Assembly: GCF_006345805.1 (NCBI RefSeq)
Contig: NC_042997.1
Location: 16,802,001 to 16,866,000 of the forward strand
Reading direction: 5' to 3'
DNA: 64,000 nt
Source of the DNA: Octopus sinensis
Taxonomy: Eukaryota
Position numbers and translations under genes: made by a program. Under the pieces are notes generated by a model. The model ran no database searches and had not been told where the DNA came from. It saw nothing but the letters and a program-made list of their open reading frames with translations. Each line of letters starts with the position of its first letter. Within the stretch, counting starts at the first letter, position 1. This document shows positions 55,609 to 64,000 of the stretch, piece after piece.

Positions 55609-56741
55609 TAATTCCTTATGCATGTAAACCTTATTTCATTCTGATTAGCTTTTCTTGGTTGGAATAAGAAGACATAAAAATAACTTTGATATACACTCTG
55701 ACAGATGACAAAAATAACATTAGTATTAGATTACAAGTTGCCGTATTTACCAATTTCTTGGAAAAAATTAACTTGTATCTATCCAATACAATGTTTAGAA
55801 ATAGATACAAAAAAAGTTTAAAAAAAACAAAAGAATTAAATGAATAACAGTTAATAATAGCCATGAATGTTAGAAATAAATACAAAAGAATTAGAAATAC
55901 TATTTTAGGTTCTTATGAATTCAATAAAAAAAAGTATAGACCCTTCAAGATATTTTAGTCAGAGTAAAAGCTTTTTTTGAATGATCCTAATTTGGTATTT
56001 CAAGCCGAAACTGTCAAGGATGATTTTGATGATAAAGAACTGTTCTAAAATGGTAATGGTAACAGCTCCACAGTGAATAAAATGATTTAGTTTCTAACGG
56101 CCAAAGAAGAACTACAACAATAAAAAAGGGAGAAAAAAGTATAGTCTGAGAGGTATATAACAGAATTCTATCTCTGAATTGGTATATTTCAATGGCAGAA
56201 TGCCAAGGAGCATTATATCTCAATTATGTATTCACCAAAACTGAAGATGCTTCCTCTTACTAACGTTGGATTATACAAAGGTAATTCTATTGGTGTGAGT
56301 CATTTTTACTTTTACTTATTTTCTTTCTACATTTAAATGTCTGTCAATGGTATAAAGGAAATGGCTAAAAGAAATCTCATACATACATCTATGAAAAGCA
56401 AAAGCACTGAAGAATTGCATTGTCACTTGAATCCATTTGCTAAAGATTTAATAGGAACAAAATAAAGAAAATCGATGTGGTAAATGGATTTGGGGAGTAA
56501 TTTTATAAACAGAGCTAAACGATAGTTGATAAGATGAAGAACAATTTACTGTAGTATGCAAATATTTTGAAAAGCAAACAGTAAAAAGTTTATTGGAAAT
56601 TTGAGAATTTTTTTGAAATTCTAAAAGAAAGAGTGATAGAAATAACTTTCAGAAGAAAGTGCAGGCATGACAGTGTGGTTGAGAAATTCATTTTCTAACT
56701 AGGTTTTGGGTTCAGTTCACTGTGTGTCACCATAGAAAGTA

Positions 56742-56779
<38 letters not shown>

Positions 56780-57005
56780 AATATAGCATTCAATATGTGA
56801 CCGCGTGTGCATTGTTGGCGATTTTTTTTTCCTCTGTCTTCCCTTCCTTGGATTTTTCCTTTTTCTATGTTTCTGACAAAGAGCTCTGCTCGAAACGTTG
56901 AATCCTCCTTCTTCCTTTCCTTTCCTGAACGTCCAATAACACTATACTTGTTCCACATCCTCGCGCTGTTGTGTTTTCTCTTTGTGTTTTCATGTTTGGA
57001 TTAAC
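56780..57005 (+). mobile_element. About 225-bp (TA)n-flanked element (Penelope pseudo-LTR/retrozyme-like) with hammerhead core
   Basis: Embedded in (TA)n on both sides and homologous to 14560-14740. Core at 56870-56902 is TTT-CTGACaA-A-GAGC(tct)GCTC-GAAA-CGTT-GAA. Confidence 0.65.
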
Positions 57006-57111
57006 TATATATATATATATATATATATAAATATATATCAAAATAAGCAACAAGGATATCCAGAGGTAATGCAGTACGATCGTTTCATGCAAATTCAATC
57101 ATTATATCAGT

Positions 57112-57290
57112 TTAATATTGATGCATCTAACTTATAGTAGTACCAACATGCAGATTTCTCTGTGAATTTTTAATTATTTTCTGAGATTTTACAAAAACAA
57201 CAAAAATATTTTTTAATTTATCATTATATCAGTTTAAAACAGAGAAATCTGCATGTTGGTACTACTATAAGTTAGATGCATCAATATTAA
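57112..57290. repeat. Perfect 52-bp inverted repeat with 75-bp spacer
   Basis: 57112-57163 is the reverse complement of 57239-57290. Confidence 0.93.
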
Positions 57291-58615
57291 TAAAAAGTGT
57301 AAGATGCATATTTTCACTACCTTATACACTAATTTACTAGCGTCAGTCTAGATCACTGAAAAGACACTTTTATTCTCGTTATTTATTTTATTTTATGCAT
57401 ATATTATCTTGCAATACATCTGAACATATCAGTGATGTTACTGGAGTCAACAGATGTTTTGAGTCTTTCAACAAACAAACCTCCTCACTCAGGTGACCTA
57501 GTCAGGGTTGATCAAACTCCAGCTTGTAACCAGTTTGCACTGTTCCAGGGTTAATATCTGAACCACAACTATTCCAAAGCAATCACTGCTGCTTCTTAGT
57601 ATCTGTGATTTCCAGCATATTGTAGGTTCTGTAGATGAACTGATTTTTCCAGTGATTCATGCAGTTTCTAAATTTCTGCATCCATTCAACATATCCTTAT
57701 ATGGAAAAATGGATATAAAACTAGTTTTAATTATTTATTTTCATTATGTCTATTACATAAACTGATTAGGTAATATATAGTATTGTCTATAATGAATGAT
57801 ATCTCATCAAGTTATGTATCTTACACTTTTTATTAATGTTGAAGTATTTAACTACTTTGATGCCTATTTGATGCTATAGTTCTTGATCCATCATGAATAA
57901 AGTATTTGATTTTTATTCTTGCTTCTCTAAATAACCTCTTATTGCATTCATTTATTGACTACTTACTCTCATTATATCAAATATTTTTTGAAGGTTAAAC
58001 CTCACAAATCTCTCTTTACTTTCTAGCTTCCAAGAATACACTGTCATGATGTGATTAGAGAGGTAAGATACAGGCCTTAATCAAGAATAGCAAGAAATGA
58101 AAATAATCAGAGAAAATAAAACTAAACTACTAAATAAGAATCGAAAGCAATGTTCAAAACCATTAAGTTATTATCAGTAATGGCAAAGTAATTGTTTGTG
58201 ATAGTTTAATGTCGCAACAGTCAATCATAGTATTCAGTTTATTATTGCCCTGACAAACTGGAATAACTACAACGGTAGCACTATTTTATTGCTTTTTACC
58301 ATTGTCATCAGTTACCTGCTGTTAAATGGCCATTTCAGATCCTGTTCTTATGATGCCTAGAAAGTAGTAACAATACATTTAATAGATAACACCATGCTTT
58401 GACTGTATTTAATATGCTCTCAATACATTTATTTCAATCTGTTAAGATGCTTTATAAAGGAAAAGATAAGACATACATAAAATTCTTTGAAAAGTGTTGT
58501 CCACAGAAAGGTTGAATAAATAAATAAAATTACTAAAAACATTTCTAGTAAGTGTAGAAGAAGGAAGGAATGAAAAAATGAAGGGGAATAAAGAACAAGA
58601 AAAGATTTTACTTAC

Positions 58616-58847
58616 GTCCTTCTCCTGAATAGCCGACAAATACAAAAGGAGGTTGCGGGGAATCTCCCATGGCATTAACTGCCCTTACTTTGATGTTATA
58701 AGGGGTGTAGACTTCATCAACATCTACTTGAAGCTCTCCTCTTTCCGAATCTTCAACGTCTTGGGAGTTCCAAAATGTACTTCCGCGTCTTTGCCAACTG
58801 ACTCGGTATTTAAAATTTGGACCATGGTGATAAAAACGAATCATTGT
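58616..58847 (-). CDS. Nrg: Internal coding exon of a neuroglian/L1CAM-family cell adhesion molecule (second half of FN3 repeat 2)
   Basis: Translates as TMIRFYHHGPNFKYRVSWQRRGSTFWNSQDVEDSERGELQVDVDEVYTPYNIKVRAVNAMGDSPQPPFVFVGYSGEG. It has the L1-family FN3 motifs H-x-GP-x-F-x-Y-x-V-x-W, YTPYxIKVxAxNxxG and GYSGE. Acceptor ttctttcttacag| at 58848, donor |gtaagt at 58615; 232 nt, phase 0 to phase 1. Family call is from motif recall, not a search. Confidence 0.9.
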
Positions 58848-61031
58848 CTGTAAGAAAGAAAAATATAGATATTTAATCTTATAGATTCACCTGTCAACCA
58901 ATCAATTTACCTATTTCTATTTGCTTGTCTATTATCGTTACTCTTTATTTATGAATGTTTAATGATCCATATTCATTAAAATAATAACTGAATTAGTATT
59001 ATCATATTAAATGTAGCAGACATTAAATAAGCTAATTAGAAATTATTATGTGGTTAGGAAAAGTTAGAATTAGTGAATGATTAATATCATTTTAATTATT
59101 CCAGCAATTATGAGAGATAACTCGAAACATATTTTGGTTTTATTAGACCTCCTCAGTGAAGCATAAACTTCATTGTACTTGCAAAAGTAGGGATGAGTGA
59201 ATCACAATATTGTATACAAATTGGTGTTAAAAATTAGCATATTCTAGAGAATATATTATTTAGAGACAGAAAATAGAAATATTGGTCAAATGCTAATATT
59301 GTCTTTTTTTCCCCTGCATAATAATTTTTAATTAACATTTTAATGCACACTGCATTGAATTTGCTAACACTAACTTGACTTATTTATGAGTAGATGGTGA
59401 TTCTAAGTAATTTATTCATCAAAATAGGCCTGTTATGACCTACAGAGATTCAACTGTAATGGAGAAGGCAAATTTGAATGGTTAAGAAATTTGATTCACA
59501 ATCATCAAATCCTCAGTTCATTTCCACTACATGGCATCATGGGAAAATATCTTCTACCATTGCCTCTGGTTGATCCAAAGTCTTGTGAATGAAACTGAGT
59601 GAGCAGAAACTGCGATGAAGCCCATCAGATGGATTGCACCCATAATTCAAAGCGCTAGTTTGTCTATAGAAATTGTGTCATACTGATTCTGTCTGAAGAA
59701 AATGTTAAAGGAACACGTGACTGTCAAACCCATTTATGTTTAGCCATACATAATATTCAACATTTCTTCCTATACCTGAACAACAAATTTATAAAGGGCA
59801 AAGAGACTTCAATTATTCTTTTTAGAAATTAGATATATACAACATACTCAAATATTACTGATGATGCAGTTCTGATTCATTGTATAATGTAGTTGTTTAT
59901 TCTCTTGACTATAACCCAGTAAAGCCTATACATATGACTTATGTCTGAGTTATTCTCTAAGACGAATATGACTTGAAAGGATTTTCCTGAAATCAGTTGA
60001 TGGCTAATGTAGCTGATATTAAATTTAGTGCTGAATAATAGTTATTTGAAATGTAATGTTAAGGAGTGACACCACCAGAGTGACATATTTTTAAGAAAGG
60101 CAGAGAACTTCCATCTCTTAAGTACTATTAAGATTTTCTTTTCTTTTGCTCTCTCTAGTTCAACAACAATAAACTTTAGTCTTCAAATGTCTTTCCAGTT
60201 AATCCCAGTTCTACTTAGATCAGTGAAATACTCTTGATAATCTGTATTCAACCACGTATAGAATGCTACATTCTAAGACATACACATCAAATGATTATAT
60301 ATATATATCATAACACCCGCTCCTCAATTTGGAACTCCTTGTCTGAATATGTCCATCACCCGTTCACTCCCATATACCTAGGAAGGAAAATGTAAACTAC
60401 ACAAATCTAATCTAATCTTTCTTTATCTCTCAGCACACCTATAATTAACTATGTTCTGATAACAACAAGGGAAAGGAAGTAATATTGTGATAGAAATAGT
60501 ATATTATTGATAATTCACAAACTGTTGTTGTATTGTGATATTTCAAAAGAGCAGTAGGAACTTAATTTATTTTATGTAAAATATTTCCCCTGAAATTCCT
60601 TGAATCATGTTAAAAGTTGCTGGAAATTTTGATAAGAAATTAGTTATCTCTGACAACTATAGATTACATTATAATAAAACACGTATAAAATATAGATTTT
60701 TTCATTCTCTCTCTCCTTGAAAATTTTATATAAACATTGTGAGATATCTTTTCATAGTCAAAGTATGCCTAATTTGGTTCAAATACAATTTTTTTTCTTA
60801 CTGAAAACTGTGTTTTTAATATACATGTATACACACATTCATGCATAAATTATATAATATAATCATTTATCATATTTAAATTTAGTGTCTGCATGTGTGT
60901 TAAATGTATGTGTGTGTACACACACACATGCACACACATACACTGACTCTATAGTTTTCAATGAAAAACTTGTATCTGTGCCAAGTTATGTATGCTTTGC
61001 CTGTCTGTCTCTCTCTCTCTCTATATATATT

Positions 61032-61200
61032 ATCATCATCATCATCATCGTTTAACATCCGTTTTCCATGCTGGCATGGGTGGACGGTTTGACTGGGGTC
61101 TGGGAAGCAAGAAGGCTGCACCAAGCCCCAATCTGATCTGGCAGCGTTTCTACAGCTGGATGCCCTTCCTAATGCCCTTCCTAATGCCAACCACTCTGCG
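61032..61200 (-). mobile_element. RTE LINE 3' end
   Basis: (cat)n-cgtttaacatccgttttccatgctggcatgggttggacgg..ctggatgcccttcctaatgcc; carries a 12-bp internal duplication. Confidence 0.85.
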
Positions 61201-61208
61201 AGAGAGAG

Positions 61209-61249
<41 letters not shown>

Positions 61250-61529
61250 AATAAATTTGGATAAGTTTGTATGCTATAGAGAGAAATAGTATATGAAACT
61301 TTAGAATTGAACCTTTGAGAGAAGTATAGTATTTATGCTTTTGTTTCAGCTCATGATTTATCTGTGAAGAACAGCATTGTCAATTTGTGTGCAAATGATA
61401 TTTCTTAAATATTTTTTGCTATTTTTTTTACTACAGGTGCCCATCACCAAGTATTCATATTACTTTTCTAGGAAGCATGCATTGCAATGTACAGACACAT
61501 CGGTTTGTGTAAACACATAATATATATTA

Positions 61530-61662
61530 TGTGTCCTTATCTTTTCCTGTCCTTTTTTTGTATTGCCTAACTGTCCAAATGTTTTGTTGCCACCTGTTAT
61601 GTTCTTGTTCTATTTTTTGTTTTGTCTTTTTATACATACATACATGGTCACCTGTATGTAAG

Positions 61663-61696
<34 letters not shown>

Positions 61697-62373
61697 TCTG
61701 TATGACTCTTTTACTCTTTCCTGTAGCCCCCTTCACACTGTCTTCGTTCCTCCCACTTTCCTTCTTATCGCTCCCACTCTCTCTCACATTTCTTGGCCTT
61801 CCCTTCATTCTCATCACTTTCCCTCCTTCTTTACTTCACTCTGTCCCTTTCCTTTTTTCTCTCCTTCTCATCTCTCCCTAACTCTTTAATCCCTCTACTC
61901 TCTCCTCTCCTTCCATGTAACCAGTGTTCGGCCAAGCCTGACCTTTCTATCTTGGTTTGACTACCATCCATATAGCATCTCTAATATTCCTTCCCATGAC
62001 TTCCATCTTCTATGTTCCTGCTGTAAGGCTTCACTTCCACACACGCCAGCTTAATTCAATTCGTCCTTAGTTGAAAGACACCTGTTGTTTGTATTTTTAA
62101 TTGTGTACCATTTCTCCATATTTTTTCTTCCTTGTTTTTGTATACATTCGCTTGCTTTCTTCCAAAGAATCTACTGCTCTTAGCTTAAATTTTCTTGGGG
62201 CTGGCCAGATTAGAGCAGTCTTGAGAGTAACTGGCTGAAACTTCAAAGACAATCTGATACTCGACTGAAGATTGAAAGCTCTGAATGATCCGTCCTTGTT
62301 TTTTCCTGTCATTTTTTGTATTGTTTAACTGTCTGAATGTTTTGTAGTTGCATGTTATGTTCTTGTTCCATTA

Positions 62374-62375
<2 letters not shown>
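61530..62375 (+). mobile_element. Probable Penelope-like 3' end / pseudo-LTR between (TA)n tracts
   Basis: About 61533-61612 and 62292-62369 are diverged direct repeats, each followed by (TA)n, around a pyrimidine-rich stretch. Confidence 0.45.
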
Positions 62376-62456
<81 letters not shown>

Positions 62457-62932
62457 GTGTAAGCATGTGTATTTTCCCCATAAATTTATGTATCTGTACC
62501 TGTATAGGGAGATGCATGTTTACTATCTAGTGAGGATATGCATAAAATTAACTACACAAATGTACATATGTATCTAGCTACTGCAGATAAAAAAATGTAT
62601 ATAAGCAACAGAAATAATAATATGCTTTCTTATCTTCAGAGCCAATCCATAAAAACAAATTTCTTACTCAGTTTAATATCAACTTAAGCACAATATTTTG
62701 ATACAAACCAATGAATTCTTCTTGTCTCTGACTTGTGTTTTTATACAAATTTAACCTCCCCATCATCTCTTTATTTTCATCCACCCAATCAAACTATCCG
62801 TAGAATTTTTTTCTGCAGAAATATTTTTTATACCATGTAATATTTTCCAGCCACATTGCACTATTCACAAGATGAACCAAAAATATGTGTAAGGTTTGGA
62901 AAATTAAAAGTATTTTACAGTATTTCTTTTAT

Positions 62933-63266
62933 TCATTTACTCAATTCAGTCATGTGACTGTGGCCATGCTGGAGCACCACCTTTAGTTGAACAATTCAAC
63001 CCCAGGACTTATTCTTTGTAAGCCTATCAGTCTTTTTTGTTGAGGTGCTTGTGAAGCAATGGTGGATAAGTGGGGGGGGGGGAGCACACACACACACACA
63101 CAATGGGCTTCTTTCAGTTCCCATCTATCAAATCCACTTAGAAGGCTTTGGTCGGCCTGAGGCTTTAATAGAAGACACTTACTTGCCCAAGGTGCTACAC
63201 AGTGGGACTGAACCTGAAACCATGTGGTTGGGAAGTAAGCTTCTTACCACACAGCCATGCTGTGCC
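62933..63266 (-). mobile_element. tRNA-headed SINE, alternative-tail subfamily
   Basis: Colinear with 43075-43498. Confidence 0.78.
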
Positions 63267-64000
63267 TAAAGAAACTAAGTTGAAACTTTGCAGTTATAGT
63301 CAAAATTTAATTGAAAAATAAAATATGTATAGTTGAATTTCCCTTTATTCCTAAGCCAATAACTTTCATGCTCAATTGCAAATTTATGCATATTTATTTT
63401 GTATGCTCAGCACATTGCACAAAAATGATACTTTTCCCATTTATTACTTCTGATCTACAGGAAGTCTCTAATTATCTCAATGTGCTGATAGTTTTCCTTG
63501 TCAGCAAAGAAAAATAGCTGCATGTACATCATCAGACTTGGTTTCCTTCTAAGTCACTATGGCAAAACTTAGAACTTGAAATGTCTATTAGTTAACTTGT
63601 CATTATTAAAATGCTAAGCATGGTCATCTTGCTCAGTAATCTAGTAGGTTGGAGATGTATGAGGGCTGAAATCCATGAAAGACTTATAATACAATATAAG
63701 AACAGTATTTTGGTACTATAGACTGCCTATCAATGGATTGACAAATATTTAAAAAATGGTTGCAAAATTGTCACATAAGAAGGAAGAGCCAGATTTTGAT
63801 CCTATCCAGTGCTGTTGATCATGCTGAATAAGTCTAGTGCACATTACTGTTAAACAGGTGGGTGACTGTTGACAATGTGGCAAATAATATGCAAATTAGT
63901 CATGCCTCTACCTACAGAATCATCTGTAACAAATTTGGACAAAGTTAAAATAATGGAAAAATCCATACCTACACCATAGTGACTATAGGGATGCTATATC

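Overview
AT-rich, microsatellite-saturated animal genomic DNA. The repeat landscape suggests a coleoid cephalopod (Octopus-like), but that is an inference. The only host-gene sequence I can support is two consecutive minus-strand coding exons of an L1CAM-family cell adhesion gene (neuroglian-like, fibronectin type III repeats 2 and 3): 58616-58847 and 17925-18055. They splice in frame across a 40,560-bp GT-AG intron, so the whole window is probably inside this one gene. The rest is intronic and holds decayed RTE-clade LINEs, tRNA-headed SINEs, a Penelope-like RT/GIY-YIG fragment, an R4/Dong-like fragment, a Buster/SPIN-type hAT transposase relic, an hAT MITE, a non-autonomous Helitron and many simple repeats. 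Almost all ORFs in the supplied track are microsatellite artefacts. The most interesting signals are three. (1) Short (TA)n-anchored elements carry a minimal hammerhead-ribozyme core, with a candidate Penelope-like partner in the same window. (2) A C4HC3 PHD-like finger is inserted inside the RTE reverse transcriptase. (3) Perfect hairpins of 136 bp and 52 bp sit near the two ends of the giant intron. Everything was read by eye; repeat boundaries are approximate unless termini are quoted.
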